Positions 39,056 to 47,829 of a stretch of DNA of 64,000 nucleotides are shown in pieces. Source of the stretch: Methanomicrobiales archaeon (GTDB lineage Archaea > Halobacteriota > Methanomicrobia > Methanomicrobiales > JACTUA01); NCBI GenBank assembly GCA_029907705.1, contig JARYLJ010000002.1, positions 8,373 through 72,372 of the forward strand, read 5' to 3'. Positions within the stretch are counted from its first letter, which is position 1, and the number at the start of each line of letters is the position of its first letter. Both the position numbers and the translations under genes were made by a program. Below the pieces are notes generated by a model that saw only the letters and a list, made by a program, of their open reading frames with translations, did not search any database and was not told the DNA's origin.

Positions 39056-39076
39056 CTCTATGGAGATATCTATATT

Positions 39077-40480
39077 ATGATGATGGGTCTTGCCCGCGAT
39101 CTGGAGGCTGCACTCGACCTCGTCACCGAGTCGGAGAAGGTCACCATTGTCTCCCATATCGATGCAGACGGAATATCGAGCGCCTCGATCCTGGAACGGG
39201 CACTCATGAGGGAGAGGATCGATGCCGGATGCCTCTTCGTCCGACAGCTCGAACCCTTCTCGATCAGGCAGATTCCGAGGGACGGCTCGATGTGCGTCTT
39301 CCTCGATCTGGGTTCGGGTCAGCAGAACCTGCTGGAAGCCCATGGTTTTTCACGGGATCGCGTCTTCATCATCGATCACCATGTAAGCCAGCCCTGCAGA
39401 GACCCCTATCGCGAGGTGAACGCCCTCGCCTATGGCTACCGCAAGTTCTCGGCGGCAGGGATGACATACCTCCTCGCGAAGGAGATGGATCCGGATAATG
39501 TGGAGTTCGCAAAACTGGCGGTGGTGGGAAACGTGGGGGACATGATGGCACGGGAGGATCTGGGCCTCACCGGCCCCGCACGCGAGATCGTGAAGGATGG
39601 CGTGGCTCATGGCAGCATCCGGGTGATGGAACGTGATCTGAACTGCTACGGGATCTCCACCAGGCCGCTGCACATCGCGCTCTCCTATATGGACGATCCC
39701 TTCGTGCCGGGGATTTCGAACAACAGCGGGGGAGTGCTCCGCCTCCTCCAGCGCCTGGGTGTCCCCCTGAGGAACCAACAGGGTGACTGGTCGGTCTGGG
39801 AGGATCTCTCCGACGAGCACAGGCGCCTGATCACCAGTGCAATCGCGCAGCAGCTCCTGGCGAACGGAAAGACGCATGAGCGACTGCTGACAGAGAACTA
39901 CATCTTTCTCGACGAAGCCCGGCGCACACCCTTGAGGAACGCCGGTGAATTCGCGACGCTCCTGAATGCGTGCGGCAGATGGGCGAAGCCGCTCATCGGT
40001 AGGGCGGTGTGCACCGGAGATCGCGGAGGTGCGTATCGTGAGGCAGAGCACATGCTGAAGCATCACCGCACCGTCATCAGGGAGCTGATGGAGTACATAC
40101 TGGATACGGGCGCGATCGAGCTCTCTCATCTCCAGTACCTTCACGTGGGGGGAAGGTTCCCGGATACCATCGTGGGTATAGGGGCGGGACTCGCCCTTTC
40201 CCGATTGAAGCGCGAGAAACCGTTCCTCGTGATGTGCCGGCTTCCCGAGGATACGAATGTGACGAAGGTGTCGATGCGGACGGTGGAGGACGTGGTCAGA
40301 AGGGGTGCGGATCTGCAGGCGGCACTCGTGGAAGCGGTCGCCGGCTGCGGTGGAGAGGCGGGTGGGCACAGGATAGCGGCAGGCGCCTACATACCGGCAG
40401 AGGTGGAGGAGGTGTTCGTTCATCAGGTCAATGGAATACTCGCAGGACAGCTCGATAAGACGGGTGCGTGTCATCGCTGA
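39077..40480 (+). CDS. DHH-family phosphoesterase (archaeal RecJ-like)
   Basis: Start moved to ATG 39077. The upstream 1 kb of the track ORF is antisense to nnr. SHIDADG and IIDHH motifs, DHHA1-like C-terminus. Confidence 0.8.
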   Translation: MMMGLARDLEAALDLVTESEKVTIVSHIDADGISSASILERALMRERIDAGCLFVRQLEPFSIRQIPRDGSMCVFLDLGSGQQNLLEAHGFSRDRVFIIDHHVSQPCRDPYREVNALAYGYRKFSAAGMTYLLAKEMDPDNVEFAKLAVVGNVGDMMAREDLGLTGPAREIVKDGVAHGSIRVMERDLNCYGISTRPLHIALSYMDDPFVPGISNNSGGVLRLLQRLGVPLRNQQGDWSVWEDLSDEHRRLITSAIAQQLLANGKTHERLLTENYIFLDEARRTPLRNAGEFATLLNACGRWAKPLIGRAVCTGDRGGAYREAEHMLKHHRTVIRELMEYILDTGAIELSHLQYLHVGGRFPDTIVGIGAGLALSRLKREKPFLVMCRLPEDTNVTKVSMRTVEDVVRRGADLQAALVEAVAGCGGEAGGHRIAAGAYIPAEVEEVFVHQVNGILAGQLDKTGACHR

Positions 40481-40922
40481 TTATCAGTTCGGCAGGGGGG
40501 CGGGCGAGATCCTCTTCCCGGAGGGGTGCACATTCATACGCTCCTCCACCGGCAGGGTGAGACAGATCCTCCTCGAGGGCGAGAGGCTGGCGACGCTCAG
40601 GGCGCAGGATGGGCGGCTCACGCTCTCCGTCGCGGGTGGCAGGAGGCTCCAGAGGGCGCTCCCGTTTCCACTCCGGAGGGTCGTGGTGAAGGACGAGGTG
40701 GCACCCTTCATCGCAGGGGGGCGGAGTGCATTTGCCAGACATGTGATCGGCGTCGATCCATCCATCAGGGCAGGCGACGAGGTGCTCATCGTGGATGGGG
40801 AGGATCACCTCCTCGCGACGGGTTCTGCCGTGCTGTCGGGCGAGGAAGTGATGAAATTTAATTATGGTGTAGCGGTAAAGGTAAGAGAGGGGCGTGATTC
40901 TGGGTGTTTCCGGGAAGAATGA
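40431..40922 (+). CDS. PUA-domain RNA-binding protein
   Basis: 163 aa. IADYQFG start region and C-terminal PUA pattern (IRAGDEVLIVDGEDHLLATGSAVLSGEEM). The true start may be GTG 40464. Confidence 0.7.
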   Translation: MEYSQDSSIRRVRVIADYQFGRGAGEILFPEGCTFIRSSTGRVRQILLEGERLATLRAQDGRLTLSVAGGRRLQRALPFPLRRVVVKDEVAPFIAGGRSAFARHVIGVDPSIRAGDEVLIVDGEDHLLATGSAVLSGEEVMKFNYGVAVKVREGRDSGCFREE

Positions 40923-41248
40923 ATCCAAAGAAGATGAAACAGATGATGAAACAGCTCGGGATGGAGATGGAGCAGCTGGAGGGGGTGAAGAAGATCATCA
41001 TCACCACGGGCGAGGGGGACTACATCTTCGATGAGGCAGAGGTGGTTCTCGTCACGATGCAGGGGGTGACGACGTACCAGATCACAGGCACCCCCGTCTT
41101 CGAACCGATCAGACCGGCGATATCCGACGAGGACGTGAACCTCGTGGTGAAACAGACCGGGACCACCCAGGAGAGGGCAAGAGCCGCCCTCGCGGAGACC
41201 GGCGGGGATATCGCGGAAGCGATCCTGAGGCTCGCGGCCCATGATTGA
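40904..41248 (+). CDS. nac: nascent polypeptide-associated complex protein (NAC + UBA)
   Basis: 114 aa. MNPKKMKQMMKQLGM start, NAC beta-barrel, C-terminal UBA (TQERARAALAETGGDIAEAIL). Confidence 0.85.
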   Translation: MFPGRMNPKKMKQMMKQLGMEMEQLEGVKKIIITTGEGDYIFDEAEVVLVTMQGVTTYQITGTPVFEPIRPAISDEDVNLVVKQTGTTQERARAALAETGGDIAEAILRLAAHD

Positions 41249-41966
41249 GGAGGGCCGTGCAGTCATGCTGGCCGGTTCGGGAAGGACTTTTTTCGTGGAA
41301 GCAGGGCCCGGAAAGCTCGGCACAGATCTGGGTGAGGTCGATCTCTCGTCCATCGTCGGAAAGGAGGAGGGAAGCCGGATATGCACGCATCTGGGGCATG
41401 AATTCGTCATCCTTTCACCGAGACCGACCGATCTCTTCTCCCATGCAGCCAGGAGCGGTGCGCCCATGCTGCCCCGGGACATCGGCATGGTGATGGGGCT
41501 CGTGGGCATGAACTGTCGCGATACCGTCCTCGACGCAGGTACAGGGAGCGGGATCGCGGCCATCTTCTTCGGAGGTGTGGCGAAGAGAGTCGTTACATAT
41601 GAAAGGAATGCCAGCTTCGTCAGGATCGCGGAGAAGAACATCAAAAAGGCAGCGCTCGATAATACTCAGGTGGTGTGCGGAGACATGCTCGATGCGGATG
41701 GGACCTTCGATGTCGTCCACCTCGATATGTCCCTGCAGAAGGAACATATCGTTCACGCCCATGAGATCCTGAGACCCGGTGGATACCTCGCCTGTTATAC
41801 CCCGTTCCTGGAGCAGACCTTCATCGCGATGGAGGAGGGGGCGAGGCTCTTTCGCGAGGTGGAGACGCACGAGTGTATCGACAGGGAACTGACGCGTTCG
41901 CCGAGGGGCACGAGACCTTCGACGAGGGTATGCCATACGGGTTTCATCACCGTGGCGCGGAAATGA
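41241..41966 (+). CDS. trmI: tRNA (adenine-N1)-methyltransferase TrmI (Gcd14 family)
   Basis: 241 aa. VLDAGTGSG SAM motif, with an N-terminal beta-domain pattern like TrmI. Confidence 0.8.
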   Translation: MIEEGRAVMLAGSGRTFFVEAGPGKLGTDLGEVDLSSIVGKEEGSRICTHLGHEFVILSPRPTDLFSHAARSGAPMLPRDIGMVMGLVGMNCRDTVLDAGTGSGIAAIFFGGVAKRVVTYERNASFVRIAEKNIKKAALDNTQVVCGDMLDADGTFDVVHLDMSLQKEHIVHAHEILRPGGYLACYTPFLEQTFIAMEEGARLFREVETHECIDRELTRSPRGTRPSTRVCHTGFITVARK

Positions 41967-41967
41967 C

Positions 41968-42864
41968 ATGAAGCATATCATATCCATCAGGGATTTCACC
42001 AGAGAAGAGCTGGACGGTCTGCTGGATCATGCACGGAGGATCGAACAGGGCGGGTATGCGGGAAACGAGCTCGCAGGCAGGATTCTGGCGCTCCTCTTCT
42101 TCGAGCCCAGCACAAGGACACGGATATCGTTCGAGACCGCGATGGCAAGGCTCGGCGGGGAACGGATCAGTCTCGACTGCGTGGAGGCGAGCTCCATCGT
42201 CAAGGGCGAGTCGCTCGCCGACACGATACGTGTGATCAGCGGATATGCAGATGCGATCGTCCTGCGCCACCCCAAGGAGGGTGCCGCAAGGCTGGCGGCC
42301 GAGTTCGCCAGCGTCCCTGTCATCAATGCAGGCGATGGGGCAGGGCAGCACCCGTCCCAGACACTCCTGGATCTCTATACGATCAGGGAGCATCTGCCCC
42401 TCCGCGGGATCGAGATAGGCCTTCTGGGCGATCTCAGGTACGGGAGGACGGTCCACTCGCTCACCTATGCCCTCTCCCTCTATGACGTCATGGTCCACGC
42501 GATCGCACCCGAGGGGCTGAAACTCCCGCAGAACGTGATCCACGAAATGAAGGAGCGGGAGATGGAGGTGCACGAATGGTCGGACATCTCGAAGATCATC
42601 GGCGATCTGGATGTGCTTTACGTGACGCGCATACAGAGGGAGAGGTTCCCCGATGCCGCCTCCTACTACAGCGTCGCCTCCAGTTACCGAGTGACACCCG
42701 AGCTCCTCGCCGGAGGGAAGCCACATCTGATTGTACTCCATCCCCTCCCCCGCCTCGACGAGATCGACCCGCGGGTGGACTCCCTTCCCCATGCACGCTA
42801 TTTCGAGCAGGCGAGAAACGCGGTTCCGGTGAGGATGGCGCTCCTGAAGGAGGTGATGGGATGA
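41968..42864 (+). CDS. pyrB: aspartate carbamoyltransferase catalytic subunit
   Basis: 298 aa. FFEPSTRTR and HPLPR motifs. Confidence 0.95.
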   Translation: MKHIISIRDFTREELDGLLDHARRIEQGGYAGNELAGRILALLFFEPSTRTRISFETAMARLGGERISLDCVEASSIVKGESLADTIRVISGYADAIVLRHPKEGAARLAAEFASVPVINAGDGAGQHPSQTLLDLYTIREHLPLRGIEIGLLGDLRYGRTVHSLTYALSLYDVMVHAIAPEGLKLPQNVIHEMKEREMEVHEWSDISKIIGDLDVLYVTRIQRERFPDAASYYSVASSYRVTPELLAGGKPHLIVLHPLPRLDEIDPRVDSLPHARYFEQARNAVPVRMALLKEVMG

Positions 42865-43325
42865 GCAATGCAGCGGGCAAGGCACTGCTGATCAGCCCCA
42901 TCCGGAATGGCACGGTCATCGATCACATCTCTGCGGGGGAGGCGCTGAACGTCCTGAAGATCCTGGGCATCACGGGGAGCACGACTGAATGCCTCTCGAT
43001 CGCGACGAACGTGACGAGCGGGCGCATAGGGAAGAAGGACATCGTGAAGATCGAGAACCGGGAGCTGAAGAAGGAGGAAGTCGACCGGATCGCCCTGATC
43101 GCCCCGAAGGCGACGATCAACATCATCAGGAACTTCGGGGTCTTCGAGAAGAAGGGGGTGAGGATCCCGCCTGTATTGAAGGGGGTGGTCAGATGCCCCA
43201 ACCCGGGGTGCATATCGAACACGATGGAGCCGATCCAGAGCACCTTCGAGGTGATACCAAAGGGCCTCCGCTGCATGTACTGCGACTGGGTGATCACGAA
43301 GGATATCGCGAATTATATCATCTGA
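42861..43325 (+). CDS. pyrI: aspartate carbamoyltransferase regulatory subunit
   Basis: Start moved to ATG 42861 (ATGA overlap with pyrB). IRNGTVIDHI and C-terminal CPNPGC...CMYC zinc domain. Confidence 0.95.
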   Translation: MSNAAGKALLISPIRNGTVIDHISAGEALNVLKILGITGSTTECLSIATNVTSGRIGKKDIVKIENRELKKEEVDRIALIAPKATINIIRNFGVFEKKGVRIPPVLKGVVRCPNPGCISNTMEPIQSTFEVIPKGLRCMYCDWVITKDIANYII

Positions 43326-43776
43326 TGAGTCTGCCCTCCGGATCGATCTCGCCCTTAAGAATGCGCGTGCTGGAGATCCATCTCCCGTCTTCGGCAAGAA
43401 CGCAGGCAATCTGATGTATGTCCACTTTTTTCAGCCCTTTTTCATGCCTCATGCGGTTGATCTCGATCGCGACCGGCAGCGTCTCCTCGCTCACCACCAG
43501 TGCATCGAAGTCGGCCTCGGCCGCCTCTCCGTATCTGTTGTCCAGCGGTTCGATCCTGTATTCCGCCTTCCAGGCCTGTTTTTTTATGAAATGGATCAGA
43601 TCCTCCCTCCTCTCCACGTATCTCCTCACCGGATGCTTCTTCAGGGAAGCGAAACGGTCCGTGGTGAGGCCGATGATCACGACTCCGCCCTCTCCCGCGA
43701 GCTCGAAGGAACGCTCGAGAAGCTTCCTGTGACCTCCGTGCAGGGGATCGAAGGTCCCGCCGACCATAACCTTCAT
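43318..43776 (-). CDS. coaD: phosphopantetheine adenylyltransferase (archaeal cytidylyltransferase-type)
   Basis: 152 aa. GGTFDPLHGGH nucleotidyltransferase motif and ISSTRI near the C-terminus. Confidence 0.85.
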   Translation of the reverse strand: MKVMVGGTFDPLHGGHRKLLERSFELAGEGGVVIIGLTTDRFASLKKHPVRRYVERREDLIHFIKKQAWKAEYRIEPLDNRYGEAAEADFDALVVSEETLPVAIEINRMRHEKGLKKVDIHQIACVLAEDGRWISSTRILKGEIDPEGRLIR

Positions 43777-43806
43777 TCACAGGAATGGTCAACATCTCTT
43801 TTTATA

Positions 43807-44298
43807 ATGGATACTGATGGAGGAGCGGCTCGGCCCCTCTTCGTCGCCCCTGGTGCGATTGTCACGGGGGATGTGATTTTGGATGAAGAAGTAAATATCT
43901 GGTACGGCGCCGTGATCAGGGGGGACAGGGATCGTATCAGTATCGGCAGGGGCACCAACATCCAGGACAACGCAGTGGTGCACACGAGCCGGGGCTATCC
44001 GGTCGGAGTGGGTGCGTACGTCTCCGTGGGGCACGGGGCGATCCTGCACGGGTGCAGGATAGCGGACCGGGTGCTCGTCGGTATGGGTGCGATTGTGATG
44101 AACGGAGCGAGCATCGGTCCGGGATCGATCGTCGGTGCAGGAGCAGTCGTGACAGAGAAGACCACAATACCTGAAAATTCGGTCGTTCTCGGAGTTCCCG
44201 GCAGGGTGGTCAGGTCCACGACGGCGGAAGAGTCCGCACACATCATGAGAAATGCACAGGGATACATCGAACTCGCCCGAGGGTATCTGCATGGGTGA
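43807..44298 (+). CDS. gamma-carbonic-anhydrase-like left-handed beta-helix protein
   Basis: Start moved to ATG 43807. Hexapeptide repeats and the IGRGTNIQDNAVVH pattern. The upstream part of the track ORF is antisense to coaD. Confidence 0.85.
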   Translation: MDTDGGAARPLFVAPGAIVTGDVILDEEVNIWYGAVIRGDRDRISIGRGTNIQDNAVVHTSRGYPVGVGAYVSVGHGAILHGCRIADRVLVGMGAIVMNGASIGPGSIVGAGAVVTEKTTIPENSVVLGVPGRVVRSTTAEESAHIMRNAQGYIELARGYLHG

Positions 44299-45580
44299 GG
44301 TCGCGGTGATAGGTGCGGGCGTCGCAGGGATACAGGCGGCGCTCGATCTGGCACAGCATGGAGTTCGGGTCCATTTGATCGAGCGGGAGCCCTCGATCGG
44401 CGGGCATATGGCGCAGCTCGACAAGACATTCCCCACGAACGACTGTTCGATGTGCATCTTGAGTCCCAAGATGGCAGAGGTGGCGAGGCATAAAAATATC
44501 GTGCTTCACACCCTGACGGAGGTGGTGCGGATCGGTGGCGAGGTGGGGAACTTCACGGTCACGATCAGGCGCTCTCCGAGAAACGTGGACGAATCGCTCT
44601 GCAACGGGTGCGGGGACTGCACCAGGATCTGCCCGGTAGAGGTCTACAACCGGTTCGATGCAGGGATAGGGGTGAGAAAGGCCATCTACAAGCCCCAGCC
44701 ACAGGCGATACCCGACATCGTCGTGAAGGACCGCGAACATTGCATCGAATGCGGCCTCTGCTACGATGTGTGTGGACCGGGAGCCGTCATGAAGGAGGAG
44801 AAGGAGCGTCTGGAGGATCTCCGGGTGGTGAGCGTGATCATCGCGACCGGCTACACGCTCTTCGATGCCTGCAGGAAGGCGCAGTACAGATACCTCCTGC
44901 TCCCGGATGTGATCACGAGTCTGGAACTGGAGCGGATGATGAATGCGAGCGGTCCGACAGGGGGCGAGATCAGGAGGCTCTCGAACGGGAAGATCCCCTC
45001 CCATGTGATCTTCGTCCAGTGCGTCGGTTCGAGGGATGTGACGGTGGAGAGGCCCTACTGCTCCTGTGTCTGCTGCATGTTCTCCATCAAGAACGCGATC
45101 CTCCTGAAGGAGAAGCATCCCGAGATGGAGGTGACCATCTGTTACATGGACATCAGGGCGTACGGCAAGGGTTACGAGGAGTTCTATGAGCGGGCGAAGG
45201 GCATGGGCATCAGGTTCATCCGCGGTCTGCCGGGCGGGGTGGATGCCGATGACGACGGTATGACGATGCAGGTGGAGAATACGGAGACGGGGGAGGTGTA
45301 CATTTTGAGGCCTGAGCTGGTCGTTCTCGCCGTCGGTATGGATCCCTCCCCCGACATCGACAGGATCGCCTCGGAACTCGGGATCGCCCTGGAGGAGACC
45401 GGATTCGTCAGAACCCGGGAGGAGTCATTGTGGGCGGTGGAGACGATAAGGCCCGGAATATACGTGGCAGGCACCGCGTCCTCGCCGAGGGACATTCCGG
45501 ATTCTGTCACACTCGGTTCAGCTGCGGCAATGCGGGCTTTCACGGACGTGCTCCGTGCGAAGGCGCAGCAGAATGGATGA
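44291..45580 (+). CDS. HdrA-like FAD/[4Fe-4S] oxidoreductase (short form, 429 aa)
   Basis: Start ATG 44291 overlaps the previous stop by 8 nt. VIGAGVAGIQAA dinucleotide fold, FPTNDCSMC, CNGCGDCTRICP and CIECGLCYDVCG clusters. Lacks the terminal ferredoxin domains of canonical HdrA. Confidence 0.8.
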   Translation: MGEVAVIGAGVAGIQAALDLAQHGVRVHLIEREPSIGGHMAQLDKTFPTNDCSMCILSPKMAEVARHKNIVLHTLTEVVRIGGEVGNFTVTIRRSPRNVDESLCNGCGDCTRICPVEVYNRFDAGIGVRKAIYKPQPQAIPDIVVKDREHCIECGLCYDVCGPGAVMKEEKERLEDLRVVSVIIATGYTLFDACRKAQYRYLLLPDVITSLELERMMNASGPTGGEIRRLSNGKIPSHVIFVQCVGSRDVTVERPYCSCVCCMFSIKNAILLKEKHPEMEVTICYMDIRAYGKGYEEFYERAKGMGIRFIRGLPGGVDADDDGMTMQVENTETGEVYILRPELVVLAVGMDPSPDIDRIASELGIALEETGFVRTREESLWAVETIRPGIYVAGTASSPRDIPDSVTLGSAAAMRAFTDVLRAKAQQNG

Positions 45581-46634
45581 GCACAGGACGCTCTGGTGGG
45601 ACGAAGCGTCATCCGTCCTCTGCTTCATCGATCAGACCGCTCTGCCCGGAGAGGTGAGGTTCGTCCGGTGCGACTCGGTGGAGCGGCTCGTCGACGCGAT
45701 CAGGCGGCTCGAGATCAGGGGCGCGCCGGCGCTCGGCGTCGCAGGCGCCTACGGCGTGGTGCTGGCGGCGAAGGCCCGGCGGGATGCATCGGGCAGGGAC
45801 CAGGAAGAACTGCAGAGGCGCTTCCAGGAGGAAGTGGACCGGCTCGAGCTGGCGCGCCCCACCGCCGTGAACCTGTCCTGGGGGGTGAGGAGGGTGCTCT
45901 CACGGCTGGAAGCATCCGGTGACCCTGCAGCAGCATTCGAATCGGCCCTGCGGGAGGCGCATGCGATTGCGAGGAAGGATGGCGAGATCTGCGAACGTAT
46001 AGGCGATCATGGGGCAGCACTGATACCGGACGGGAGTACCGTCATGACCCACTGCAATGCAGGCGCGCTCGCCTGTACGAGATGGGGCACCGCCCTCGGT
46101 GTGGTCAGATCCGCGGTGAGGCAGGGGAAGCTGGTAAAGGTGATCGCCTGCGAGACGAGGCCCCTACTTCAGGGGAGTCGTCTCACCGCGTGGGAGCTGG
46201 TGCGCGACCGTATCGATGTCAGCGTGGTCCCGGACTCATCGGCCGCGTTCCTCATGCGCCGCGGGGAGGTGGATCTCGTCATCGTGGGTGCAGACAGGAT
46301 CACGAGGGGTGCGGTCTTCAACAAGATCGGCACCTACATGCATGCGGTGTGTGCGAGGCACCATCATATCCCCTTCTATGTGGCGGCGCCCCATTCCACG
46401 TTCGATCGCACGGGAAAAGAGGCGGATGTGGTCATCGAGAGACGGCCAGCAGAGGAGATCTCGTGGTCTGGATCAAGAAGGGTCGTTCCCGAAGGTGCCG
46501 GGGTGATCAACTACGCCTTCGATGCGACGCCTCTGAACCTCGTGGACGCCCTGATCACGGAGGATGGAGTGATTCGTCCACCATTTGCGCATCTGTCGGG
46601 CTGCTATGATGACGATCCTTATGCCCGAAGATGA
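45573..46634 (+). CDS. eIF-2B alpha/beta/delta family isomerase (S-methyl-5-thioribose-1-phosphate isomerase-like)
   Basis: Start ATG 45573 overlaps the HdrA-like stop by 8 nt. LEIRGAPALGVAGAYG and GADRI..G..FNKIGTY motifs of MtnA/ribose-1,5-bisphosphate isomerase relatives. Confidence 0.8.
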   Translation: MDEHRTLWWDEASSVLCFIDQTALPGEVRFVRCDSVERLVDAIRRLEIRGAPALGVAGAYGVVLAAKARRDASGRDQEELQRRFQEEVDRLELARPTAVNLSWGVRRVLSRLEASGDPAAAFESALREAHAIARKDGEICERIGDHGAALIPDGSTVMTHCNAGALACTRWGTALGVVRSAVRQGKLVKVIACETRPLLQGSRLTAWELVRDRIDVSVVPDSSAAFLMRRGEVDLVIVGADRITRGAVFNKIGTYMHAVCARHHHIPFYVAAPHSTFDRTGKEADVVIERRPAEEISWSGSRRVVPEGAGVINYAFDATPLNLVDALITEDGVIRPPFAHLSGCYDDDPYARR

Positions 46635-46652
46635 GAAAGGAATGGTAGCCAG

Positions 46653-47363
46653 ATGTTCTTCGATCATACGCCGCTGAATCAGCTGACGACGCTGATCGGA
46701 GAGGTCACCCTCATCTTCGTCCTCGGGTCGGTTCTCCTCTCCCTGCTGCTCCTGACGATCGTCGTCTACTCCATCAGGAGCGGGAAGCTCTTCTTCCCAA
46801 AACTGGTCACTTCAGGTTTTTCTGTGCTTGAGGGGATGATAAAGGCGATATGCCGTTTCTTCGGTCTGGAGGAGAAGGAACTGCAGCTCTTCCTCGTTCA
46901 GGTCCACAACTCGATGAACAAGAAGACATTCGAGGAGATACCGGTCGAGAAGAGGGCGATCTTCCTGCCCCAGTGCCTCAGATCCACGAAGTGCCCGGCT
47001 CGCCTGACCCCGGAAGGGATCAAGTGCATCGGTTGCGGCCAGTGCGGCATCGGCAGGATGAAGGGGTCCCTCGAGGGGATGGGCTACCATATATTCGTCG
47101 TGCCGGGCTCCAGTTTCATACAGCGCATGGTGAGGAATTACAGGCCCGAGGGTATCATCGGGGTCGGATGCCTCATCGAGGTGAAGGAAGGCCTCGAGCT
47201 CTGTGACAGGATAGGGATCTGCGGGATGGGGGTGGTCACACTGAGGGATGGATGTGTCGAGACAGCGGTGGAATGGCAGGATCTCTTCGATGTCGCCTCC
47301 ATAGGGCTTGAAAATGATGTGAAGGCCTCATGTGCTCATGATCTTCACGTTTCTTCCGACTAA
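46653..47363 (+). CDS. DUF116-family Cys-rich membrane-anchored protein
   Basis: 236 aa. N-terminal TM, then LPQCLRSTKCPA...CIGCGQC and GVGCL motifs characteristic of DUF116. Confidence 0.75.
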   Translation: MFFDHTPLNQLTTLIGEVTLIFVLGSVLLSLLLLTIVVYSIRSGKLFFPKLVTSGFSVLEGMIKAICRFFGLEEKELQLFLVQVHNSMNKKTFEEIPVEKRAIFLPQCLRSTKCPARLTPEGIKCIGCGQCGIGRMKGSLEGMGYHIFVVPGSSFIQRMVRNYRPEGIIGVGCLIEVKEGLELCDRIGICGMGVVTLRDGCVETAVEWQDLFDVASIGLENDVKASCAHDLHVSSD

Positions 47364-47738
47364 CTTTCCGCTCTTTATCTTTCCGTAGACGGTGATCGTC
47401 TCGTCGCACGTCACATCCCCGACCTTCACACCCGGCCTTATCACGACATTTCCGCCCGCCTGGATCGAATGTATTGTGGCATCGTCGCAGACAGTCGCGT
47501 TCTCCAGCACGATCAAAGGCCCCTTGATCCTCGCGCCATGCCCGATGATCGCGCTCTGCGCCAGCACCTCGCCCCCCACGCTCGATCGAGGGCCGAGCTC
47601 CAGCCTGCCTCCGATCACGAGTTTTCCCCAGACATGCGTATCGGGCGGTGCGATGAAATGCCCGTCGAGTTTCACGTTCCCATCGAAGAACGCACCCTTC
47701 GGTGCGATGTAGGTGTCACCCTGCCTGAATACCTTCAT
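47328..47738 (-). CDS. bactofilin-like (DUF583) polymer-forming beta-helix protein
   Basis: 136 aa. Repeated G.V..G......G.V.G beta-helical windings. Confidence 0.7.
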   Translation of the reverse strand: MKVFRQGDTYIAPKGAFFDGNVKLDGHFIAPPDTHVWGKLVIGGRLELGPRSSVGGEVLAQSAIIGHGARIKGPLIVLENATVCDDATIHSIQAGGNVVIRPGVKVGDVTCDETITVYGKIKSGKLVGRNVKIMST

Positions 47739-47829
47739 CCATTCTCCTGCAATTACTGTTTTCAGGGGATATTTAAATGCAGGTGATATGGGGCATATAC
47801 AGAGAGGTGGAGGGAGGGATCCCCCGCTC

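Noticed and set aside
38012-39076. N-terminal 355 codons of the 822-aa track ORF 38012-40480
   Set aside because: This part is antisense to nnr and is not protein-like. The DHH phosphoesterase begins at ATG 39077 (MMMGLARDLEAALD...).
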